Shown piece after piece: positions 27,670 through 36,259 of a stretch of 64,000 nt of DNA (positions are counted from its first letter, which is position 1; each line of letters opens with the position of its first letter). Made by a program: the position numbers and the translations under genes. The DNA comes from Terriglobales bacterium. Its GTDB lineage: Bacteria > Acidobacteriota > Terriglobia > Terriglobales > Acidobacteriaceae. Where the stretch lies: positions 11,736 to 75,735 of the forward strand of contig DASRFC010000065.1 of NCBI GenBank assembly GCA_035651835.1, given 5' to 3'. A model generated the notes under the pieces. The model saw only the letters and a list, made by a program, of their open reading frames with translations, was not told the origin of the DNA and searched no databases.

Positions 27670-28755
27670 ATGAAAACTGGCATTATTGGCCTGCCACAGG
27701 TAGGCAAGACATCTCTCTTCCGTATTCTTACCAAGGCAAATTTGTCGGAGCAGGCGTACTCCAATCCGCGTGAAGCTCACGTCGGAGTGGCCAAAGTTCC
27801 CGACGACCGCCTCGATCGCTTGGCAGCGGTTTACAACCCCAAAAAGCTGACTCATGCGTCTGTCGAATACGTGGATGTAGGCGCCATTGGCCAGGACGCG
27901 CTTAAGGAAAGCGGCTACATCGGCCACCTGCGCAATGTGGACGCACTTGCCCACGTAGTGCGGGCTTTCGATGATCCGTCCATTCCGCATGTCGGTTCCA
28001 TCGATCCCTTGCGCGATATCAAGAACGTAGAATTCGATCTCATGGTCAGCGATCTCGGACAAATCGAGAAGCGGCTGGAACGCGTGGAAAAAGATCTGAA
28101 GAAGATGCGGACTCCGGATCTCGAAAAGGAATTCGACCTTCTGAAGCGTGCAAAGGTTCACGTCGAAACCGAGCGTCCATTGCGCGAAATGGAAATGACT
28201 CCTGAAGACAAGAAGCGTCTGCGCGGTTTCATGTTCCTGAGCGAGAAGCCCATTCTTTATGTGCTCAACATTGGCGAGAGTACGGAACTCGGCAAAGAAC
28301 TCGATGAGGCAGTCGCTAAATATAATTTGACAGAAGTAGCCTCACGCCCGAACGCCGGCGCCACCGCAATTTGCGGCAAGGTGGAAGCCGAGCTCGCGGA
28401 AATGAGCGATTCTGATGCAGCCGAGTTTCTATCCAGTTACGGATTAAAGGAGAGCGGCTTATCCCGGCTGATCCGCACTACTTATGCTCTACTGGGACTC
28501 GTTTCGTTTTTAACCATCGGCGAAGACGAATGCCGCGCCTGGACGATTCCCGTCAATACGAGAGCCGTAGAAGCTGCCGGAGCAATTCATTCCGATCTGG
28601 AAAAGCATTTTATCCGTGCAGAAACTATCGCATGGAATCAACTGCTCGAGGCAGGATCGGAAGCGAACGCGCGAGCGAAGGGGATTTTGCGCCTTGAGGG
28701 CAAGGACTACATCGTGAAAGACGGCGATGTGATGCATATCCGGCATAGCGGATAA
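27670..28755 (+). CDS. ychF: ribosome-binding ATPase YchF (Obg-like)
   Basis: 361 aa. It has GIIGLPQVGKTSLFRILT (G1), DVGAI (an unusual G3 context) and a C-terminal TGS-like domain (GILRLEGKDYIVKDGDVMHIR). Confidence 0.93.
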   Translation: MKTGIIGLPQVGKTSLFRILTKANLSEQAYSNPREAHVGVAKVPDDRLDRLAAVYNPKKLTHASVEYVDVGAIGQDALKESGYIGHLRNVDALAHVVRAFDDPSIPHVGSIDPLRDIKNVEFDLMVSDLGQIEKRLERVEKDLKKMRTPDLEKEFDLLKRAKVHVETERPLREMEMTPEDKKRLRGFMFLSEKPILYVLNIGESTELGKELDEAVAKYNLTEVASRPNAGATAICGKVEAELAEMSDSDAAEFLSSYGLKESGLSRLIRTTYALLGLVSFLTIGEDECRAWTIPVNTRAVEAAGAIHSDLEKHFIRAETIAWNQLLEAGSEANARAKGILRLEGKDYIVKDGDVMHIRHSG

Positions 28756-28828
28756 AACTCCACTTGTGCATGAAACTTCATCGAGATCCGCACCCTAAGA
28801 ACCGCAGCTGATATCATCCTCGACACAC

Positions 28829-29560
28829 ATGCATCCTGTTCTCCTCAGTCTTCTTTTAGGCCTGACTGCCGCCGCTGCTAATATTTTCGGCGGCGCCATA
28901 ATCGTCCAGAAGCATTGGGGACACGCTTACTTAAAGTACTTCGTAGCCCTAGGTGCAGGCTTTATGCTGGCGACTGCGATCATTGAAATTTTCCCCGCCA
29001 GCCTGGAATTACGTGGCAAAAGCGCGGCATTCCTGGTGCTGGTCGGCTACCTGCTTATTCACTTTTTCGAACATACGTTAGCGCCGCATTTTCATTTCGG
29101 AGAAGAGACGCACGAAGCGGAATTCGTTCATACCCATAAGGGATACTCGGTCTTACTTGGGCTTATTATCCACACTTTTTTTGACGGAATTGCGATTGCA
29201 TCCGGCTTCATGGTTTCCAACTGGCTGGGATGGATCATCTTTTTGGCAATTTTCCTGCATAAAATTCCAGAAGGATTCACCATTGCTTCAGTGATGCTGG
29301 CAAGCGGCCAAAGCCGCCGTAACGCTTGGGGAGCCTCGGTATTGTTGGGAGCAGCTACATTTGCCGGCGTTCTGACTATGGCAGTTCTGCGACAGCAGGT
29401 AGGTTTTGGTCTACCCATATCTGCTGGGGTGACAATTTATGTGGCAGCTTCGGATCTCATCCCGGAAGTGAATCGCGAACCGGGGATCGGAATGGCACTC
29501 GTAGTTTTTCTGGGCGTAGGCGTTCTATTCTTGTTGGATCGCGTCGCACATGTTCACTAG
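28829..29560 (+). CDS. ZIP-family divalent metal (zinc) transporter
   Basis: 243 aa and polytopic. It has a His-rich loop HFHFGEETHEAEFVHTH and the ZIP signature helices HTFFDGIAIASG and HKIPEGFTIASV. Confidence 0.85.
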   Translation: MHPVLLSLLLGLTAAAANIFGGAIIVQKHWGHAYLKYFVALGAGFMLATAIIEIFPASLELRGKSAAFLVLVGYLLIHFFEHTLAPHFHFGEETHEAEFVHTHKGYSVLLGLIIHTFFDGIAIASGFMVSNWLGWIIFLAIFLHKIPEGFTIASVMLASGQSRRNAWGASVLLGAATFAGVLTMAVLRQQVGFGLPISAGVTIYVAASDLIPEVNREPGIGMALVVFLGVGVLFLLDRVAHVH

Positions 29561-29580
29561 CGCAGAAGTCAGGATAGGCG

Positions 29581-30792
29581 TCAGTCGACTGTGTGCTTTG
29601 CCGTATAGCCTTCCCGCGCGATTACTTGGTATTTCACATCCTTGCCATGCTGGTCTTTTACTTTGAGCTGTCCACCGTCGGGCGCGATCACATCCACTTT
29701 TAATTTGCGATACGTGCCATCTAACTTGGAGTTAGTGGGACGATACGTAATGGCGTACTGGTTGCGAATATCTCCGGCGATGTCGTGAAATGCATCCACC
29801 ATATCGCCTATAAATCGAGGCTGATAAAAGCGGCCGCCAGTCAATCGCGCAAAAGTCTGCATTTCGTTATCGGCCTGTAAGTAATCCATTTGCCCGACTG
29901 GAATTCCCATGCCATGATAAGCTGCTCCGCCTCGCGCTTCGGCTCGCTCGCGTGCAATCCAGCCAACGCTGATGGGGAAAATTGTGACATCTTTGGTGGT
30001 TTTAATTTTCTTCGTTATCTGATCGAGATTTAACTTGCTAAAGGTATCCACGCCGGTGCTCACCAGGATGATGTACTTATGACCCTGGATGCGATCCATT
30101 CGGTCAAGCGTGTCATACAGAGCGTCAAATAAATTAGTTTCCGCGAAAGTCGGGATACGCAATTGGTTCAGAGCACCAACAACTTCCTGCTTATTTTGCG
30201 TGAAGTCGGCAAGCACATGCGGCTTCATATCGTAAGAAACAACCGCGACCCAATCGTCTTTTTTCAGGGTATTTGCAAACGCATAGGAAGCATTCAGCGC
30301 GTCTACCATGAAGTAATAGTTTGTCGAAGCAAACTCCACCAGGAGCACTGCGGTAATGGGCGCTTCCGAAACGGTAAAATTGCTGATGGTTTGCGGTACA
30401 CCGTCTTCAGAAATCCGGAAATTGTCTTTTTTCAAACTCGATATAAACTGACCGTCTTTCGTGGTCACCATGACGTCTACGTTTACCAGCGGTACATCGA
30501 CATGGAGCGAATAATCCGGCAAGCCCTCGACTTTCTTTGGCCTCTCGGGAGGTGGCGGTGGCGGCGGTTCATCCTTCTTCTTAGGAATTGCATACGGGCC
30601 AACATCGTTCTGTGGTCCGCCTGCGTCAGGTGGTGTTTCGGTTTGCTGCCCATTCGTGGTAGAGGGTTGGGACGACTGCTCCTGTGCCAGGGTTAGCGGC
30701 GCCAGGACGAACAGAACCAACCCAAAGCTTAGGAAAGAAAGCAGAAACCATTGGGCACGCCCTATCGTCCTCAGAAAGCTATTGAAAAACAT
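29581..30792 (-). CDS. secreted von Willebrand factor A domain protein (acidobacterial VWFA type)
   Basis: 403 aa. A signal/anchor helix and a Pro-rich linker (PPPPPPPERPKK) precede a VWA-like core (AVLLVEFASTNYYF...YIILVSTGVDTFS). The pattern matches the VWFA-related acidobacterial domain family as I recall it. Confidence 0.75.
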   Translation of the reverse strand: MFFNSFLRTIGRAQWFLLSFLSFGLVLFVLAPLTLAQEQSSQPSTTNGQQTETPPDAGGPQNDVGPYAIPKKKDEPPPPPPPERPKKVEGLPDYSLHVDVPLVNVDVMVTTKDGQFISSLKKDNFRISEDGVPQTISNFTVSEAPITAVLLVEFASTNYYFMVDALNASYAFANTLKKDDWVAVVSYDMKPHVLADFTQNKQEVVGALNQLRIPTFAETNLFDALYDTLDRMDRIQGHKYIILVSTGVDTFSKLNLDQITKKIKTTKDVTIFPISVGWIARERAEARGGAAYHGMGIPVGQMDYLQADNEMQTFARLTGGRFYQPRFIGDMVDAFHDIAGDIRNQYAITYRPTNSKLDGTYRKLKVDVIAPDGGQLKVKDQHGKDVKYQVIAREGYTAKHTVD

Positions 30793-30943
30793 GGATCTCC
30801 TCAGAAAACCCTATGCTAGTATAGACGCACTGTTTCGCAATTGGGATGTTTGTTAGTTGCCCTCTCCTACCAGCAAGTGAATAGAACGCGAAGTGTAATT
30901 TTTTGTATGTGAGGACCAGTTGGCGGTCCTCCGGGGAATATTC

Positions 30944-32746
30944 ATGAGACGAGCAGTTCTCGCGTTGGCAATTGCCTGCCTATTTGTACTCTGCTTTTAC
31001 CTCCAGGCTCAAACCCTTCAGCCTGCAAATTTAAAGAAAACGGACACCATTCCCGTTAGCCAGATTCACGCCGGAATGAAAGGTGTAGCTTATACCGTCT
31101 TCCAAGGGACTAAGCCAGAATCAATGGACGTGGAAGTCCTTGGTATCCTTAAAAATGCCAATGGTCCTAAGGGCGACATTATTCTCGTCAGGCTCGGTGG
31201 CGATAAGGCCCAGTACACAGGCGTCGTCGCTGGGATGAGTGGCAGCCCGGTTTATTTAGAGGGCAAACTGGCGGGTGCGCTCGCGTTCCGAATCGGAGAG
31301 TTTTCCAAGGAGCCCATTGCCGGCGTTACTCCAATTGCTCAAATGCTCGAGATTAATGCATTGGACACGACGCCAGCTTCCGAACCGATCGAAGCGAAGG
31401 CCTCCCCGAATGGCACCAGCAAAACATCCGGCCCCGGCGTTTCGAATGTTCCGGTACAAAATTTTGCCAATTATCTGAAGCCTATTGAAACTCCACTGGT
31501 ATTTAATGGATTTACAGAAGATAGTATCCAGCGCTTTGCTCCCCAGTTCGCTTCCGCAGGAATTGTGCCCGTCATGGGTGTCGGTTCCGTGAGTGATGCA
31601 AAGCAGCCTGAGCCTCTGGAGCCTGGTTCGGCGGTAAGTGCAGTGTTGGTTCGCGGCGACATGGACATAACCGCAACTTGCACAGTGACCTACATGGACG
31701 CGAATCATTTACTGGCTTGCGGTCATCCCCTGCTGCAATTTGGCGCAGTGGATTTGCCGATGACAAAAGCCAATGTGCTGGCAACGCTTCCGTCGCCACT
31801 CAACGCCTTTAAAATTGTGAATGCCACCGAAGCCGTCGGCTCGTTTGTGCAGGATCGTCACACCGGGATCATGGGAGAGTTTGGCAAGAAGCCGGAGATG
31901 ATCCCGGTCACGCTAACCATCCATGGTGGCCCTTCGCCGAAAGAATTTCATTACGAGATGCTCAACAATCCCCGCCTGAGCCCAGTCGCGATGATGGCCA
32001 CTGTCTTCAACGCGCTCCATGGCATGAATGAGTACGGGGAAGAAGTGACTTATCAGATGAATGGCAGTATCAGCGTAAACGGCTTCCCTGATGTCACGTT
32101 GCAAAACATGTTCTCTGCTGCGGATGGCGGACAACCAGCCGCCGCGCTGGCATCCATGGCCATCGGCGAGCGGTTTAGCCGGATTTACGAAAATCCATAC
32201 AGTGTCCCGACAGTTCAAGGCGTGAAACTTGACTTCGATATTTCTCGCGAACGCCACTGGGCGCGCCTCGAAAGCGCACGGACCGATGTAACAGAAGCCC
32301 GCCCCGGGGATGACGTCAGCGTGGAAGTAATGTTACGTCCTTATCGCGGTGGTGGAATGGTGGAACACGTTCCGATTCATATTCCCACTTCCGCTCCAAA
32401 AGGGACTCTGCACATTTTGGTCAGTGATGGCGATACACTGGATCGTTTCCGCCACGTTTCGCCGGCTTTTGGATCGAGACTTGATCTGTCGTCAACCATT
32501 TCTGTCCTAAACAAGCAGCATGTGAATAATCGCGTTTACGTTTCCCTGCTGGAAGCTGATCCGGAAGTAATGGTGGCAGACAAGGTGATGCCCAGCCTGC
32601 CTCTCTCGGTAATGAATGTAATGGACGGTATGCGCGGCACCCAGGAAATGGCCGTGCTGGGCGAGTCCTCAGTTAGCGAATCGGCAACCACGCCTTTGAA
32701 CTATGTAGTTGCCGGCGCGCAGATGTTGACGATCACGATTAAGTAA
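30944..32746 (+). CDS. secreted SpoIVB/S55-like serine peptidase homologue (motif order permuted)
   Basis: Track ORF 30920..32746 (TTG), with the ATG at 30944 before the signal-like MRRAVLALAIACLFVLCFYLQAQ. The Ser block is GVVAGMSGSPVYLEGKLAGALAF at aa 101-123. The His block is TCTVTYMDANHLLACGHPLL at aa 253-272. A GIMGEFG block follows. Confidence 0.6.
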   Translation: MRRAVLALAIACLFVLCFYLQAQTLQPANLKKTDTIPVSQIHAGMKGVAYTVFQGTKPESMDVEVLGILKNANGPKGDIILVRLGGDKAQYTGVVAGMSGSPVYLEGKLAGALAFRIGEFSKEPIAGVTPIAQMLEINALDTTPASEPIEAKASPNGTSKTSGPGVSNVPVQNFANYLKPIETPLVFNGFTEDSIQRFAPQFASAGIVPVMGVGSVSDAKQPEPLEPGSAVSAVLVRGDMDITATCTVTYMDANHLLACGHPLLQFGAVDLPMTKANVLATLPSPLNAFKIVNATEAVGSFVQDRHTGIMGEFGKKPEMIPVTLTIHGGPSPKEFHYEMLNNPRLSPVAMMATVFNALHGMNEYGEEVTYQMNGSISVNGFPDVTLQNMFSAADGGQPAAALASMAIGERFSRIYENPYSVPTVQGVKLDFDISRERHWARLESARTDVTEARPGDDVSVEVMLRPYRGGGMVEHVPIHIPTSAPKGTLHILVSDGDTLDRFRHVSPAFGSRLDLSSTISVLNKQHVNNRVYVSLLEADPEVMVADKVMPSLPLSVMNVMDGMRGTQEMAVLGESSVSESATTPLNYVVAGAQMLTITIK

Positions 32747-32820
32747 GCAATTGAGCGCGTGAACCTCTCCGACCTTGTTGGTGATAACCTGAGCTTTTCC
32801 CGAATTCTTCGAGGTATAAA

Positions 32821-35112
32821 TTGCAAATCCGCGCAGTTAAGTTATTAATTGTTTTTTCCAGTCTGTTTCTTTTTTCTGGCGTAGCACTTGGGGAAGGCAC
32901 TCGCACGTGGGAGCAATCCAAATTTGACGAACTCGCCAAAGGCACAATGGACGGGGTTGCGATTCGCAGTCGAGGAGGACTCGAACTTGCACCCGCGTTT
33001 AAGTCCCTAACCACCACTCCGTCGACTTACATTTGGTCAATCGTTGCAGATGCAAGCGGCACGCTCTATGCTGCAACCGGCGCCCCTGCCCGCGTCTACC
33101 GAATAACCGCAGACGGTAAAACGGATGTCATTTTCCAGCCCCAGGAATTGCAAGTGCAATCCCTGGTTATTGATTCAAGGGGTGTGATTTATGCAGCTAC
33201 CAATCCAGATGGCAAAGTTTACAAGCTCGAAAATCATGCCAGCGGTCCGTCGAAACCTGGCAAAGACTTACCTGATAAGACAAAATCCCTCGAGACTTTC
33301 GGCTGGACTTCCTCGGTTTATTTCGATCCTGGCACAAAATATATTTGGGATCTTCTGCTCGACAGCGCTGGGAATTTGTTCGTGGCAACGGGCGACCACG
33401 GAGAAATCTTCCGCATAACTTCAGACGGCAATCATTCCTTGTTCTTCAAGAGTGACGAAGCTCACATCCGCACGCTTGCTCTTGATGCAAAAGGCAATTT
33501 GATTGCAGGTTCTGACGGAAGCGGTTTGATTTATCGCATTACGCCAAAAGGAGAGGGCTTCGTTCTTTACAGCGCACCCAAGAAAGAGATCACGGCTTTA
33601 GCTATCGACAAAACCGGAAATATTTATGCCGCGGGAGTGGGTGAAAAGCATTCGACTAGCGGCTCTAACTTTCCTGCAATTCAAATTGCCGTGCCATCAC
33701 AAGGAACTGGAGGCGGAGAAAAACCTGGGAGTCCGTCTAACTCGGCTCCCAGTGCGCCTTTAATCATGAGTAGCTTTCCGGGAACAGGGGCAAATGCCGC
33801 CGGAGGATCGGAAGTCTACCGCATTTCGCCCGATGGCGCACCGAGCCGTATCTGGAGCTCTCATGAAGATCTCGCATACGCGCTCATATTCGACGAACAC
33901 AATCGTCTTCTTGTCGGAACCGGTAACAAAGGGCATATTTTCTCGATCGAAGGCGAAGATGTATACACCGACCTATTGAAAACCACGGCAAGCCAAGTGA
34001 CTGCGTTTGCAAATGCGCCGAAGGGGGACCTTTACGCTGCGACCAGCAATTTAGGAAAGATTTTCCTGCTAGGAGCAGCGGCCTCTCCCGAAGGCACCTA
34101 CGAGAGCGACATTTTCGACGCTCACATTTTTTCTCGTTGGGGCCGGGCCGAATTTCGTGGTGCCGGAAATATCGAGCTGTTTGCCCGCAGCGGCAACGTA
34201 GACAATCCCGACCGCAACTGGAGTCCATGGGGGAAAATTGACTCGCAAAAGGATGCGGAAATTGGCGCTCCGCCGGCAAGATTTGTGCAATGGAAAGCCG
34301 TATTGAAATCAGGCAATCCCGAGCCCCAACTGGACAGTGTCACCCTGAATTATCTGCCAAAGAATGTCGCGCCAGACTTCGACGATGTAACAGTTCAGGT
34401 AGGCACGCGTTACCAATCGCTTCCTAAGCCGCCTACTGGAGATGCGGGTGGAAGTGTTGGAGGCAACCAGCCGCACTTCGATGTGCCTCCTCCCACCACG
34501 CACGACCGCAATTCCATTGGAGTCAAGTGGGCCGTTCATGACGAAAACGACGATCAGATGGTTTATTCGCTCTACTATCGTGGCGACGGCGAGCAGCGTT
34601 GGCTGCTGCTCAAAGACAACATCACGGATAAATTTTATTCCTTCGATGCATCACTAGTTCCGGATGGCGGATATACGATGAAGGTCATCGCATCGGATGC
34701 ACTGTCGCATTCTCCGAATGAGGCTTTAACTGCTGAAAGAGAAAGCGCAAGATTCGAAGTGGACACCACCCCACCGCAAATCGAAAATCTGAAAGCCTCA
34801 GCAGAACACGGCCAAATCCATGTAGCATTCCGCGCATCCGATAGTTTTTCGTCCATCAAACGCGCTGAATATTCCGTAGATGCAGGCGACTGGCAGTTTG
34901 TTGAGCCCACAGGCCAACTCTCGGATTCCAAAACCGAGAGCTATGATTTTCAGGCGGCTTTGCCCAGGGAACTTGATCCGGCTGCCCCAACTTCAAACCC
35001 GACAGCCGAGAAGAATTTGCCTGCCATGCAGCTTGAACATGTGGTTGTAGTGCGGGTTTATGACCGCTACGACAATATGAACTCGGCAAAAACAGTGATT
35101 CGTGGAAAGTAG
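32821..35112 (+). CDS. secreted beta-propeller protein (Reg_prop-like repeats) with C-terminal Y_Y_Y/Ig-like domains
   Basis: 763 aa with a TTG start. Repeated blades are visible: GTLYAATG, GVIYAAT, GNLFVATGDHGEIFRI, GNLIAGSDGSGLIYRI, GNIYAAG, RLLVGTGNKGHIFSI and GDLYAATSNLGKIF. These are followed by VYSLYYRGDGEQRWLLLKDNITDKFYSFDASLVPDGGYTMKVIASD (Y_Y_Y-like). Confidence 0.6.
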   Translation: MQIRAVKLLIVFSSLFLFSGVALGEGTRTWEQSKFDELAKGTMDGVAIRSRGGLELAPAFKSLTTTPSTYIWSIVADASGTLYAATGAPARVYRITADGKTDVIFQPQELQVQSLVIDSRGVIYAATNPDGKVYKLENHASGPSKPGKDLPDKTKSLETFGWTSSVYFDPGTKYIWDLLLDSAGNLFVATGDHGEIFRITSDGNHSLFFKSDEAHIRTLALDAKGNLIAGSDGSGLIYRITPKGEGFVLYSAPKKEITALAIDKTGNIYAAGVGEKHSTSGSNFPAIQIAVPSQGTGGGEKPGSPSNSAPSAPLIMSSFPGTGANAAGGSEVYRISPDGAPSRIWSSHEDLAYALIFDEHNRLLVGTGNKGHIFSIEGEDVYTDLLKTTASQVTAFANAPKGDLYAATSNLGKIFLLGAAASPEGTYESDIFDAHIFSRWGRAEFRGAGNIELFARSGNVDNPDRNWSPWGKIDSQKDAEIGAPPARFVQWKAVLKSGNPEPQLDSVTLNYLPKNVAPDFDDVTVQVGTRYQSLPKPPTGDAGGSVGGNQPHFDVPPPTTHDRNSIGVKWAVHDENDDQMVYSLYYRGDGEQRWLLLKDNITDKFYSFDASLVPDGGYTMKVIASDALSHSPNEALTAERESARFEVDTTPPQIENLKASAEHGQIHVAFRASDSFSSIKRAEYSVDAGDWQFVEPTGQLSDSKTESYDFQAALPRELDPAAPTSNPTAEKNLPAMQLEHVVVVRVYDRYDNMNSAKTVIRGK

Positions 35113-35133
35113 CTCTTCATTTGGGCCACGCAG

Positions 35134-35155
35134 GGACAGCCGCCCTCGGCTGTCC
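35134..35155. repeat. REP-like hairpin ggacagccg-ccct-cggctgtcc
   Basis: A perfect 9-bp stem lies 22 nt after the propeller-gene stop. A near-identical element, gacagccg-cct-cggctgtc, lies at 43000-43018. Confidence 0.7.
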
Positions 35156-35187
35156 AGTCTGCGTAACGAGCAGCAACACGCACTCCA

Positions 35188-35766
35188 ATGATTCAATTTT
35201 TACATTCCTTTGGCTGGCTTGCCTGCATTGTTTATTCCACCATTCCATCTTTTTGGCTGCTCATCCATCCTCATGTGAACTATTGGCGATCTCGTTCGCG
35301 ATCCCCATATCGCTTCCTGTTGCCGCTCTGGATCGTTATGTGGATCGTTGTCAGCCTGATCACCGCCACTTGGCGAAGTATTTCGTTCTATAACACCGCC
35401 TGGAGTTGGCTTCCCGCAGCCGCTCTGTTTGCAGCAGGAATCACAATCTATAAGCTCTCTGGTGCAGGGTTCAGCGCCAAACAGCTTGGCGGACTCCCTG
35501 AAATCTTGTCCGGTCACCACGAACAGCGGCTGGTTACATCAGGAATTCGTAGCCGGGTACGTCATCCGATCTATCTGGCTCATTTTTGCGAAATGCTGGC
35601 CTGGAGCATCGGAACAGGATTGCTGGTCTGTTATGGCTTAACCGCATTTGCGGTTGTGACTGGGGCAGTCATGATCCGCATGGAAGATGCAGAGTTAGAG
35701 CAGCGCTTTGGGGAGGAGTATCGTAGATATCGGCAAAAGGTACCCGCGGCTCTGCCAAGAATTTGA
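35188..35766 (+). CDS. isoprenylcysteine carboxyl methyltransferase (ICMT/PEMT)-family membrane methyltransferase
   Basis: 192 aa and polytopic. The C-terminal signature is LVTSGIRSRVRHPIYLAHFCEMLAWSIGTG...EEYRRYRQKVP. Confidence 0.75.
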   Translation: MIQFLHSFGWLACIVYSTIPSFWLLIHPHVNYWRSRSRSPYRFLLPLWIVMWIVVSLITATWRSISFYNTAWSWLPAAALFAAGITIYKLSGAGFSAKQLGGLPEILSGHHEQRLVTSGIRSRVRHPIYLAHFCEMLAWSIGTGLLVCYGLTAFAVVTGAVMIRMEDAELEQRFGEEYRRYRQKVPAALPRI

Positions 35767-35893
35767 GAGGATACAGCTTCGTTCCTGCCAAAACGCCTAA
35801 ATAGCCACCCAAAAATTAATTTCGCTCCTCGTTGTCGAATTTTCGGGAGATTGTTCGACTAACCAGTAGTACAGGCAAGGAGGCCTAAACAAA

Positions 35894-36259
35894 ATGCAAT
35901 ATCTGCTGCTTATCTATACCAACGAGAACAATTTTGAAAAACAAACGGAAGCCGAACGCGGCAAGATCACTGGCGAATACATGGATTTCACCAAGGGCAT
36001 CGCCAGCAGTGGGCAGTACAAGGGCGGTAATCGTCTGGATCTCACCTCGAAAGCAACAACCGTGCGTGTCCGGGATGGCAAGCGATTGGTAGTCGATGGC
36101 CCATTCGCGGAGACCAAAGAACAACTAGCAGGATACTTCCTGGTTGAAGCCAAAGATTTGGATGAGGCTATCGGGATCGCTGCGCGGATTCCCGGAGCGC
36201 GTTTTGGTTCAATAGAAGTGAGACCGATTGTTCCGGTCAACATTCCCAGTCTGGTGTGA
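35894..36259 (+). CDS. YciI-family (DGPF domain) protein
   Basis: 121 aa. The motifs are MQYLLLIYTNE and VVDGPFAETKEQLAGYFLVEAKDLDEAIGIAARIP. Its stop overlaps the downstream sigma-factor start (GTGA). Confidence 0.85.
   Translation: MQYLLLIYTNENNFEKQTEAERGKITGEYMDFTKGIASSGQYKGGNRLDLTSKATTVRVRDGKRLVVDGPFAETKEQLAGYFLVEAKDLDEAIGIAARIPGARFGSIEVRPIVPVNIPSLV

Noticed and set aside
27655-28161. Large antisense or alternative-frame ORFs inside certain genes (27655..28161, 60238..60831, 24219..24743, 18353..18799, 22284..22838, 30163..30696, 57748..58308, 8125..8643, 41352..41825)
   Set aside because: Each lies wholly within a gene carrying strong family motifs and has none itself. These are typical shadow frames of moderately GC-rich coding DNA.
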